From Octopus bimaculoides (Eukaryota): a stretch of 42,896 nt of DNA. Location: assembly GCF_001194135.2 (NCBI RefSeq), contig NC_068995.1, forward strand, positions 4,007,381 to 4,050,276, in the 5' to 3' direction. The position numbers and the translations under genes were made by a program. Below, piece after piece: positions 24,509 through 32,950 of the stretch; position 1 is the first letter of the stretch; the number at the start of each line of letters is the position of its first letter. The notes under the pieces are model-generated. The model worked only from the letters and a program-made list of their open reading frames with translations, was not told where the DNA came from and did no database searches.

Positions 24509-27500
24509 CATTATTTCTCTAATCACTTAGAGAGGGAATGTGAAGCCCATGGTCTTTTCAACACGTCCGGAATCTGTCGAAAGATCTTCGTATCCGTAGA
24601 CTGGACATCCTAATACGTACAAAAATCCTAAAAAAGACCTCAATCCTAATACGTACAAATATGTGACGTCTGTGAAAGACAGCCATGACCCAGATTGAGA
24701 TGTGAAAGTGAACGATTAATAGATACCGATTTCTCTTAAAATTATATAACCGTTCTTTGTACATTAATTTCCTGCTTGTCTTTCCAGTGGCACAACAAAG
24801 AGGGACTGGTTTTCTTCTCACCTCGACGGTTGAAACCGTTTCCAAAGGACATCATCTTCACCATAGATTATACTGAATCCATGAAAGGCGAGAAATTGTC
24901 CGAAGTGAAAAAAGCATTGTCCAGCATATTACGGATGACCTCCCCAAAAGACCGGTTCAAAATTCTTCTATACAACAAGAACGTGTACCAAGGGGCTTAT
25001 GGCTTGCTGCCTGTTAACGCCCACAACATTAAAATGGCTTTCGATTTATTTAAGAATACTATTCCGTATGATAGTAAGTAATCAGTAATTTGCGCTTACT
25101 TGTAGTAGTTGTAGTAGTAGTAGTAGTGTGAAGGCGCATGGATTAGTAGTTAGGATGTTGTACACGTGATTGCGAGATTGTGGTTTCGATCACCAGAGCA
25201 GGCATTGTCTTGTGTTCTTGAGCAAAGCACTTCATTTCACGTTGCTCTGCGATAATTTCCTCATCTGGCATATGGTACACGGTACACCTGTACAGGTAAT
25301 GTCGATTTGATGGTGGGTGGGGTGGAGTGTGTTACACAGACATTTGATCGCTCTAAACATATTGCAGAACACTCATACGCCGTCCAAACAACGAGCGAGT
25401 CCATAAGTAGTATTATGTAGCTGCTGTAGTTTTGTATTAATGGTGGTGAATCTCTTTTTGATTGTTGTTTCTGTTGTCGTTGATGGTGAGGTTTTCTCTG
25501 TTGTTGATTCATCCTAGATTTTGAACAAAAAGACAGAGACTCAAGATGATATAATCGTGGATATTATTATATTATCCCTTGATAATGTTTATGGACTGAG
25601 ATCCCCGCTTATAGACCGCTGATATTAAATAATGTGTTAAACACTTATGGTATGCAAATCAGTAGATTCAGTTCTGTGTAGCTACTTTATACAAGCAGTT
25701 TGGCTGCTTGTTTTTCTAGGATTGAGCAAGTGATGTAACGTACCACTGATGAGACCCCAATAAGTTACGAAAATCGACTAAGGTTGTTAATCACTTTTTC
25801 AATCTGCGGAGCAGTAGTTGCTATGCCGTGTTTGTATGTCTATTACGAAGGTTTACATATATACTATGTCTGTGAAAATTATACTATATCATCTAAATGA
25901 GGAATTTAAAACAACATCAAGTTGCCGGTGTTGTCGGCACGTTTGAAACGCAATAAGTCTAGCTGCTCACTTTTAAATCTCCTTTACGACTTGTTCCATC
26001 AAGGATGTCTTGGACTAAGCGACATCGACATGGATTTTCCCCAATATATATATTTTTTTTTTGCTTAGTATTTCTATGAAATTTTGTGTTCTTTATCTTA
26101 TTCTTCTGTTATTTCTAATTTTTATTCTGTAGCGAGTGACTTAAATTTGGCCATTGAAGAAAGTTTAAAACAGTTGAACAAATCTGATCCCAGCGAAAAA
26201 AGAGTCCGAGTTGTGTATTTCCTTACAGATGGCTGGCAGTCAATGAATAATATCAGAAGACACAAAATAACCAAATCGTTCCGTAAAGCTAACAAAGATT
26301 GCAAAGCTATATTCTTCAACGTTGCTTTACATTTGAAAGCTGACTACATCTTATTGAAGACCTTATCGAATCTGAGCGGAGGCAAAACTTTGAGAATTAC
26401 TGAGAAACAAAATATATCTAAGTCTATGGTAAATTTCTACAAAGAAATGAAGACGCCACTTTTAACTAATTTATCAACAGTTGGACCTTATCATAATACA
26501 TCATATTACGTTGGTTTAAAGGATTATTACAAAGGTTCTGAAAATATCTTGTATTTTAACAAAACTAATGTAAACTCTAGTGATGGTAGCACGTTATATG
26601 TCTACTCTGACGGCGCAAATGGTGCGGTCAAGTTCAAGAATACCATTAAAGATTCTCACATCGAAGATAATATTGGAGGGCTTAACAGTTTTGAGAGAAA
26701 GAATTTCATGGCAAAATATTTGGATTTTTTATTTATAAGAATGGTCATTGACCGAAAGTTGAAAGCACGCAGGGAAGAGGCAATCGACAAAGCAATGAGG
26801 GTAAGTTATAAAACCAAAAACACCATCAAATATCGTAAACTTTACGAATTCTGATCAAATAGTATCGGAAATGTTGCTATGGTAACAGAGTTAAAGTACG
26901 CAGAGTGAAGCTGTTTGGCACAGATTGACCGTCATCTCTGTTGCGCATGCACACCAAGGCATAACACTCTCACTCACTTCCGTTCTTTATAGGAGTGTTT
27001 GGAAGTAAAGTGTGTGAAGTGTGGTCGTCTCACCACACCACAGAGATTCCATCTATTACCACGGCAAAGAAAATCTATGTGTGCGCACACGTGTTTGTAT
27101 ATGTGTGTGTATGTATGTGTGTGTGAGTTTGTGTGTGCGTGTGTGCGTGCGTGTGTTTATATACGCTTGACTCGTGTTTGCGTTTCTGTTTGTCCCCACC
27201 GCCGTTTGGCAAACGGTGTTAGCTTGTTTACGTTCCAGTAACTAAGCGGCTCGGCCTAAGATGCCGATAAAGTAAGTACTGGACTTCAAAAGTAAGTACT
27301 GAAGGCGGGGGTCGGTTTGTTCGACAAAACTCTTCGAGGTGGTGGCTCAGCATGGCCGCAGTGCAAAGGCTGAAACCAGTAAAAGATAAATGTTGGAAGG
27401 TCATATCCGGTCAAATGTATATTTCTTGTAATGCTACATCTGTCTGAGAGGAGAGAGAGAGTGAGAGAGAGAGGTACCGACAAACAGACAGATAGATGTG

Positions 27501-29941
27501 GGGGAAGTGCAGATTTAAATGTGGTTCTATTTGCTGTTTTTCTATATTTCAGAATGGCTTTTTGACACCCTGGACTTATATGTCTGCACTGCCCAGCTCT
27601 TACAACGCTGTTCAAAATTTAGGTAAGAAAGCTTAAGTTTGGGTCAGGGGAGTAAGCCGATTACATTGGCCTCCAATACTCAACTGGTACTTATTTTATC
27701 CACCCCGAAAAGATGAAAGGTAGAGTCGACCTCAGTGGAATCTTAACTCAGAACTGTTTGGATTTTTAGGTCACCTCGTCTTTTCTTTCTTTGCATTCCT
27801 TTATGCTACAATGTCATTAGTTGCCAAACCTTGTTTAGCTCAAAAACGTTCAGAACAGGAAAAGAAAACAGTCCCTTTTGGTGGTTTGTAGATTACTATT
27901 TGTGGGCTTTTTAGTTTGTTTCTTTTCTTTTTTGTTTTTGGTTCCACTTTGTAAAACCATTATCATCAGATTCCTTGGGTTGTTCTCGTTACCCTTTTCG
28001 TCATCTATCTCTCTTTCTATCGATTGATCGATCTATTTGAAAAATATATATTTTTATATATATACGAAGGGGTGCTTTAAAGGTGCGAAAGACCTGGCTG
28101 GAGGCCCAAACTTCTGACTTCTTTTACAGGGCCTAGGAAAAACTGAAGGACTGATGCAATAAGTGTGAATTTGAAAAGGGAACATGTTNNNNNNNNNNNN
28201 NNNNNNNNNNNNNNNNNNNNNNNNNNNNNNNNNNNNNNNNNNNNNNNNNNNNNNNNNNNNNNNNNNNNNNNNNNNNNNNNNNNNNNNNNNNNNNNNNNNN
28301 NNNNNNNNNNNNNNNNNNNNNNNNNNNNNNNNNNNNNNNNNNNNNNNNNNNNNNNNNNNNNNNNNNNNNNNNNNNNNNNNNNNNNNNNNNNNNNNNNNNN
28401 NNNNNNNNNNNNNNNNNNNNNNNNNNNNNNNNNNNNNNNNNNNNNNNNNNNNNNNNNNNNNNNNNNNNNNNNNNNNNNNNNNNNNNNNNNNNNNNNNNNN
28501 NNNNNNNNNNNNNNNNNNNNNNNNNNNNNNNNNNNNNNNNNNNNNNNNNNNNNNNNNNNNNNNNNNNNNNNNNNNNNNNNNNNNNNNNNNNNNNNNNNNN
28601 NNNNNNNNNNNNNNNNNNNNNNNNNNNNNNNNNNNNNNNNNNNNNNNNNNNNNNNNNNNNNNNNNNNNNNNNNNNNNNNNNNNNNNNNNNNNNNNNNNNN
28701 NNNNNNNNNNNNNNNNNNNNNNNNNNNNNNNNNNNNNNNNNNNNNNNNNNNNNNNNNNNNNNNNNNNNNNNNNNNNNNNNNNNNNNNNNNNNNNNNNNNN
28801 NNNNNNNNNNNNNNNNNNNNNNNNNNNNNNNNNNNNNNNNNNNNNNNNNNNNNNNNNNNNNNNNNNTATATATATATATATGCATATGTATATAGCTCTA
28901 GATCTCTGTCCATGTTATAACCACCTTCACGTGAATGTTGTGTTCGAAATCAGGATACTGCATTATTTACTTTGAGAAGACCTCTCATATAAACTCGCGG
29001 TGCATAATGAAATTACAGCGTCCGTAGCAGACGATCCTTGTCTGTTAGCGATATAAATACGACTACTTTCATGCAGCACGACTTTTTCTGAGAGATCCTC
29101 TCAAAATAACTGACGCACGATTCTGTGCTCTAACACAAAATTCACGTTAAGGTGGATATAAAGATTGTCTTTTCATATTAATATTGATGCTACCGCTATT
29201 AACTGTTTTATGCATAAAAGTATTTATCTATCATATATATGTGTCTGTATGTGTGTCTGTATGCAGTGTATGTGTGTCGGCATGCACACTCATAACCTTA
29301 TATATTCACCAATTTGTTTGCTTTCATACTTCGAAGTCTCATTTTAAACCTTTATCCTTTTGAATTCTCCACCCATACCAATTACACTCACACAACACTA
29401 CAATCAAACCATCATCCAAATCTCAGGAGTCGGAGATCCTCATTTCACAGTTAGCATCCGTGGATTGAAAAGACCAGTTTGTTTTGATTTACAAGGAGAT
29501 GATGGCGACGTTATCAATTTGCTGGCAGACGACACTGCAAGTAAGTAAAACTAAGAACTCTCGTGATTTGCTTCAGTCTGTAACAATATGTATTTGTACG
29601 ATCCAAATCTTCTTCAGCAAACTTTCTATCTTCTTTTAAAATTTATTCCCGTTTAAACGTGGGTGTTCTGTTAAAACAAATTTACTGTTGTATTTACCAT
29701 AAGAGAAACTCTTAAATAGGCTTTCGGTGCAGAAAGCTCACTGCTTTGATTATATCGCTGACGGAGAGATAACTCTCCACCAACCCCAGCGCCGACAGCA
29801 CCAGATCAGGTGATTTCGATCTGCCTGTCTTTTGATCTACTAACTCAACTTCTCCTTCCATGATAATGTTTTCCAACCCTCTGTTCCTTCGAATATGGCC
29901 ACTTACAATACAACCACTCCAATATTTATCTATTTATTCAT

Positions 29942-29972
<31 letters not shown>

Positions 29973-30457
29973 TTTCTTCATTTATTTATGTTGTTGTCGT
30001 CGTTGTTTCAGAACTGTATGTCAATGCGAGAATTATTAAAGCCAGCATCAATTCTAAGAAAACCTATTTAGGAGAAATAAGCATCCTAAAACCAAATAAA
30101 ACGTGGGTGATCAGCCCAGACCAAGTCGAACGTACGATATCTGATCAACTGCAATGGAAAGATATCGATAAAATTAATATGACTAATGCAGTCAATGAGA
30201 CGTACGATGGTGATCACATTAACCAGATTGACAACACATCGATTAACGACATATCGATCAGATATTCTGGTTACAGAACTTTAACGTTGACGACTAGCAG
30301 CAAGAAAGGCAGAATCGAATTTTTATTACGACGTTCTCAAACTAAACATCAACCAATTGAAATAAAGTATTTAAATTTCTATCTGACCGATTCTACTGGA
30401 CTGAGTGGCTCCGTTTACGGATTGATTGGTAAGTAGACATATATTACATATTTTATC

Positions 30458-30504
<47 letters not shown>

Positions 30505-30780
30505 CATAATAATAATAATAATAATAATAGTAATAACATTACTAATAACAACAACAACAAGAATGATAATCTTTTCAACTAAATGTAGAAGGCCTTAAAT
30601 TTGGGGGAAGGTCCAGTCGATTATATCAACCCCAGTGTTTCACTGGTACTTAATCGATCGAGCACGAAAGTACGAAAGGCAAAGTCGACGTCGTCGGAAT
30701 CTGAACTTTGAACGTGAAGACGGACTAAATGCTGCTAAGCATCTTACCCGGCATGCTATCGATTCTGCCTGGTCATTGCC

Positions 30781-30843
<63 letters not shown>

Positions 30844-31213
30844 CTGTGAAAACAACATCCAGTCATGAATCTATTTCTGAAGTATAAAAATATATTTATT
30901 TTTCAAAAGTGATATATAATATCTGTGTTTATTAACTCTTTCTCTCTAATTTTCAACAGGTCAGTTTATCAGTTGGAAAGGAAATATTACAAAGCTCTAC
31001 ATGCAACCGAATGGAAAAATCCAGTCTTGGATCAAGTTAGAAAACGAAAGACAGAATGGAGGTCGAAACTTTACAGCTGTTTTAACACACAATCGCCGAT
31101 CAATGTATTCGCATCAGCAATGTTGGACAGTTTGGAAAGAAGGTAAAGATTTCATTAAAGGAAAATATGAAGATTACTTAATACACGGACTACATTCTAA
31201 GCCATCATCGTAA
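6852..31213 (+). CDS. ITIH: Complete spliced gene model: secreted ITIH-like protein (signal peptide-VIT-vWA-GDPH-ITI_HC_C), 11 coding exons, 853 aa. Join: 6852-6917, 9892-10052, 19534-19647, 22452-22708, 23893-24047, 24788-25073, 26133-26800, 27553-27622, 29427-29540, 30012-30428, 30960-31213
   Basis: Manual splicing gives GT-AG at all ten introns with phases 0,2,2,1,0,1,0,1,1,1, all matching; total 2562 nt = 854 codons including stop. ITIH-family motifs occur in the expected order: [91 protein letters not shown]. The symbol is family-level only; orthology to a numbered vertebrate ITIH cannot be assigned. Confidence 0.9.
7417..7470 (+). mobile_element. SINE-like family A 3' end after a gap, followed by an (AAC)n tail
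   Basis: gctaaggatttaacccggtttgctaacgtttctgccag..cgcctt matches the 3' end of 10261-10434. Confidence 0.55.
9595..9775 (+). mobile_element. Penelope-like element terminal (pLTR-type) fragment carrying a hammerhead motif; boundaries approximate
   Basis: Shares motifs (ttttttt.ctccgt, cc.gagcgtc..ctaata, gtcctcg..ttgtt) and the hammerhead with the inverted copy at 13630-13830. PLE assignment is inferred from the minimal hammerhead; no RT or GIY-YIG coding sequence seen. Confidence 0.5.
9647..9683 (+). ncRNA. Minimal hammerhead ribozyme motif, decayed (core A6 to U; ACGU to AAGU)
   Basis: UCUUU-CUGUUGA-A-GAGC(GUA)GCUC-GAA-AAGU-C-AAAGA. Same architecture and homologous flanks as the 13732 copy. 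Confidence 0.65.
9892..10052 (+). CDS. ITIH: ITIH-like exon 2: VIT domain N-terminal part ([25 protein letters not shown]...[11 protein letters not shown])
   Basis: Acceptor tgtattttcag, donor TT|gtaagt. Matches the VIT pattern I.YRFA.T.V...N......F...LP....I.N. Confidence 0.9.
10261..10434 (+). mobile_element. SINE-like family A copy (aagtcga..cccagt..actggtactta..gaaaggatgaaa..aagtcgacct..ggaatttgaactcagaac..gccagctcgccgcctt)
   Basis: Present in at least six diverged copies in this window; some end in (AAT)n or (AAC)n tails. Confidence 0.8.
12742..12947 (-). mobile_element. SINE-like family A copy, inverted relative to 10261
   Basis: Reverse complement aligns by eye with 10261-10434 along its length; truncated by a gap. 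Confidence 0.8.
13630..13830 (-). mobile_element. Penelope-like element terminal (pLTR-type) fragment carrying a hammerhead motif; boundaries approximate
   Basis: Homologous to 9595-9775 in the opposite orientation; contains the intact hammerhead motif. Confidence 0.5.
13732..13766 (-). ncRNA. Minimal type-I hammerhead ribozyme motif, apparently intact, PLE-type
   Basis: Minus strand reads GUUU-CUGAAGA-A-GAGC(GUU)GCUC-GAA-ACGU-U-AAAC: stem I 4 bp, full catalytic core, stem II 4 bp, palindromic ACGU in place of stem III, NUH cleavage triplet. Activity untested. Confidence 0.75.
14569..14858 (-). mobile_element. tRNA-derived SINE family B copy with duplicated 3' segment
   Basis: gcttctttcagtttccgt..accaaatccact occurs twice (about 14574 and 14701); head is homologous to 21702-21864. 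Confidence 0.7.
16437..16505. repeat. (TCTA)n microsatellite
   Basis: Direct inspection. Confidence 0.97.
17300..17837 (-). mobile_element. Degenerate mariner element, 5' TIR plus N-terminal transposase
   Basis: Minus-strand end TA-CGTGGTCTGATCAATAAGTATCCG; translation EQRICIK..KL...[20 protein letters not shown]....DERSGRPAT...[17 protein letters not shown] is the mariner HTH region, with stops and frameshifts. Confidence 0.85.
19534..19647 (+). CDS. ITIH: ITIH-like exon 3: VIT middle ([21 protein letters not shown]...EDRS)
   Basis: Acceptor atttattttacag, donor CT|gtgagt, phase 2/2. [10 protein letters not shown] matches the VIT motif I.G..Y...V.EK. Too short for the ORF track. Confidence 0.85.
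21702..21864 (-). mobile_element. tRNA-derived SINE family B copy
   Basis: Minus strand: GGCGTGGCTGTGTGG (A-box-like) ...GGTTCAGTCCC (B-box-like) ...gaaactgaaagaaacccgtc; homologous to 14569-14858. Confidence 0.75.
22452..22708 (+). CDS. ITIH: ITIH-like exon 4: VIT C-terminal part and start of hybrid region ([31 protein letters not shown]...)
   Basis: Acceptor ttctccttcag, donor A|gtgaga. F.V.V..AA.SK..F.LTY..LL.R is the VIT C-terminal signature. Confidence 0.9.
22859..23746 (-). mobile_element. 5'-truncated non-LTR retrotransposon 3' end, R4/Dong-type, interrupted by gap 23177-23561
   Basis: [23 protein letters not shown]...[18 protein letters not shown] (CCHC knuckle) and terminal [17 protein letters not shown] followed by about 190 nt of 3' UTR; these motifs are typical of R4/Dong-clade ORF ends. 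Confidence 0.8.
23747..23860. repeat. (ATT)n followed by (GTT)n microsatellite flanking the LINE fragment
   Basis: Direct inspection; the partner (ATT)n is at 22812-22857. Confidence 0.97.
23893..24047 (+). CDS. ITIH: ITIH-like exon 5 ([24 protein letters not shown]...[19 protein letters not shown])
   Basis: Acceptor tatattttttag, donor TTG|gtaagt. Phase 1/0 bridges exons 4 and 6 exactly; H.S(Y/F)....F...Y....G resembles the ITIH pre-vWA segment. Confidence 0.85.
24145..24440. mobile_element. Composite of SINE fragments: family C head (+) and a SINE 3' end in reverse orientation at about 24385-24440
   Basis: Head motifs shared with 25130; ggcactcggttacgacgacgagggttccagttgatccg is reverse-complementary to the gatc..caactggaa motif seen at 41480-41690 and 42665-42850. 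Confidence 0.5.
24788..25073 (+). CDS. ITIH: ITIH-like exon 6: vWA N-terminal part with MIDAS-like DYTES
   Basis: Acceptor gtctttccag, donor A|gtaagt. [40 protein letters not shown]....DRFKILLY matches ITIH FFAP..L...PK.V.FVID.SGSM.G.K....K.AL..IL....D.F. Confidence 0.92.
25130..25400 (+). mobile_element. tRNA-derived SINE (family C), degenerate
   Basis: ggcgcatggattagtagttagg (A-box-like) ...ggtttcgatcacc (B-box-like) ...gtgttcttgagcaaagcacttcatttcacgttgctc; the same head is at about 24150-24270. Confidence 0.6.
26133..26800 (+). CDS. ITIH: ITIH-like exon 7 (668 nt): rest of vWA plus hybrid region
   Basis: Acceptor tttattctgtag, donor AGG|gtaagt. Contains [42 protein letters not shown] and AKYLDFLFI (ITIH RLWAYLTI equivalent). 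Confidence 0.92.
27190..27392 (+). mobile_element. SINE-like repeat (family D), degenerate
   Basis: ggtgttagcttgtttacgt..taactaagcggctcggc..gataaagtaagtac..tttgttcgac..cagcatggccgcagt..ctgaaaccagtaaaagataaa; a short inverted remnant is at about 31420-31475. Recognised as a recurrent octopus-type repeat by pattern only. Confidence 0.5.
27553..27622 (+). CDS. ITIH: ITIH-like exon 8 ([23 protein letters not shown])
   Basis: Acceptor tctatatttcag, donor G|gtaaga. GFLTPWTYM corresponds to ITIH Y.FVTPLTSM; phase 0/1 fits both neighbours. Not in the ORF track. Confidence 0.85.
27638..27753 (+). mobile_element. SINE-like family A partial copy, about 15 nt downstream of the exon 8 donor
   Basis: Same core: actggtacttattttatc..cccgaaaagatgaaagg..gtcgacctcagtggaatcttaactcagaac. 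Confidence 0.75.
28063..28188 (+). mobile_element. Internally deleted mariner-derived element running into an assembly gap
   Basis: Starts TA-CGAAGGGGTGC (mariner-like TIR) and continues directly into sequence encoding a decayed mariner C-terminus (KL...NKC.NLKREHV, compare RW.KC..L.G.YVE). Confidence 0.5.
29427..29540 (+). CDS. ITIH: ITIH-like exon 9: GDPHF motif and start of ITI_HC_C ([35 protein letters not shown])
   Basis: GDPHF.V......CF...G..G.V.NL..D is the start of the ITIH C-terminal domain; donor A|gtaagt. The acceptor (ccaaatctcag) is atypical, see findings. Confidence 0.88.
30012..30428 (+). CDS. ITIH: ITIH-like exon 10: ITI_HC_C domain (LYVNARII...KTYLGEISI...[20 protein letters not shown])
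   Basis: Acceptor gttgtttcag, donor G|gtaagt. VN.....KTY.G.I.I and L.FY..DS...S..V.GL.G motifs are present. Confidence 0.9.
30586..30782 (+). mobile_element. SINE-like family A copy with (TAA)n tail in intron 10
   Basis: Same core motifs; followed by (AAT)n at about 30783-30842. Confidence 0.75.
30960..31213 (+). CDS. ITIH: ITIH-like exon 11, terminal coding exon (QFISWKG...[32 protein letters not shown])
   Basis: Acceptor ctaattttcaacag. Joins to give GLIGQF; CW.V...G..FI.G.Y.DY.I is the ITIH C-terminal motif; TAA at 31211-31213. Confidence 0.9.
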
Positions 31214-31988
31214 AAAGGACAAATCACTAACAGATAAAACCCAAATATTCTCTAAAATACTATGTTATGTACGAATGTTATATACGATCATATAAATTGT
31301 GAAACGGTACAGCGGCAGAAATGCATCAAGTGAAATTTTGGTGAAACTGAGTGGAACTTAGTTTCTGGACGAAATGCTCAAAGAAAATATCGACGTATTT
31401 ATCGATCAGCATTTCTCTTCCGCCCTTTTCTTATTGGCTTCAGTCATTTTGGTGTAGCCAGGCAGGTGGAACGCTATGAAAATGATAATCACAGACGCGT
31501 GTGTATGCGCGCACGTCTATCTTTGGATATATGTATGCATGTATGGTACACAGACAGACACCCGCACACAGACACGCGGGCTCTCATACACACACACACG
31601 TATGTATATGACGCCGGTTGGTCATAGCGGTACCAATACACCAATTATTAGAACTCAATCAATTTATTTATACTTCACAGTATTACTCGAGTCTGGTAGT
31701 GAGCAGATGTGAATAATCTGATGTTTGCCATTCTGCTGGATTCTTATATGCACGCACGCACGTACGTATGTATGTATGTATGTATGTATGTATGTATGTA
31801 TGTATGTATGTATATCTGCACTGATACATTTGGTTGCAAAACCAAAAGAATGAACGCTTTTAATAGTTTGACACATAGTTGCATGACTTAAAGTTTCACA
31901 GGCGCACAAATTACATCTGGTCGTTCGGACGTTTAATACTGACTAATACTAACACGCACACATATTGTGTGTGTCTGGGGATCGTTTG

Positions 31989-32064
<76 letters not shown>

Positions 32065-32579
32065 CGTGCGTGTGTGTGCGTGTGCGTGTGTGTATCTAAT
32101 GATATAAACTGTTGTAAGTCCTAACGATCCATGAGACAAAACGATCAGTTGCTTCAACAAAACTCATACCCATCGTATTCCGGGCGACTCTTTTACTGCT
32201 TGTCGACAAATCTCACCCCTGCATATACACACGCAGGAACGTGCGAAATTTATAAATATAAATATATATTTTTTGTTTAGATTTGTACCTTTATATTATA
32301 TATTGATATATTCCAGCAAACTGCTATCTGACACTCATTCCATTCATACACTTTGGTTGGTTTTCTTTTGCTATTGTCTTCTTCAAAGATCGTAATCTCG
32401 GTCGATTTACAAAAGTTATTATCATACATAAAATATGAAATGGTTGATAACGACATCTACTGTACAAGAACCAAACTGCATTGCATTATTTACCTGTGTT
32501 GGGCAGGTGAATAGGCATATCTGTTCATAGATCTATTCACTCAAAGTTGATTCATGGTCAAACAGCAACAACAATAAGA

Positions 32580-32790
32580 ATGGTTTCAAATTTTGGCACA
32601 AGGCAAGCAATTTCATGGGTAGTAACAGGTCGATTACATCGATCCTTCTACTCAACTGGTACTTATTTTATAGATCCGAAAGGATGAACGGTAAAGACGA
32701 ATTCGGCGGAATTTGAACTTAGAAGGTAAAGTCAGACGTAATACTGCGAAGTATTTCACCCAGTGTGCTAACGATTCCACCAGCTCACAG
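32580..32790 (+). mobile_element. SINE-like family A copy downstream of the gene
   Basis: tttggcacaagg..gcaattt..gtcgattacatcga..actggtacttatttta..gaaaggatgaa..ggcggaatttgaact. Confidence 0.75.
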
Positions 32791-32849
32791 TTTTAACATC
32801 AACGGTAATAATAACTAAATTTATAGTACAACGCACTGCCACCATATTG

Positions 32850-32950
32850 ATAGATGTTTTCGATCTAGTTTGGATTCTTTGCCATCAAATTTGAATTCTT
32901 TGCAATCAAATTTGATGGCAAAGAATCCAAACTAGATCGAAAATATCTAT
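32850..32950. repeat. Near-perfect 45-bp inverted repeat with 11-nt loop
   Basis: Arms 32850-32894 and 32906-32950 differ from perfect complementarity at one position (G.U on the plus strand). Confidence 0.97.

Noticed and set aside
24531-24600. Alternative candidate for the exon between VIT and vWA ([20 protein letters not shown])
   Set aside because: Weak donors and no clear ITIH similarity; 23893-24047 fits both phases, has a GTAAGT donor and matches the family.
26992-27080. AG-flanked frame [18 protein letters not shown] after exon 7
   Set aside because: No ITIH similarity and no suitable donor; exon 8 at 27553 supplies the expected FLTP motif.
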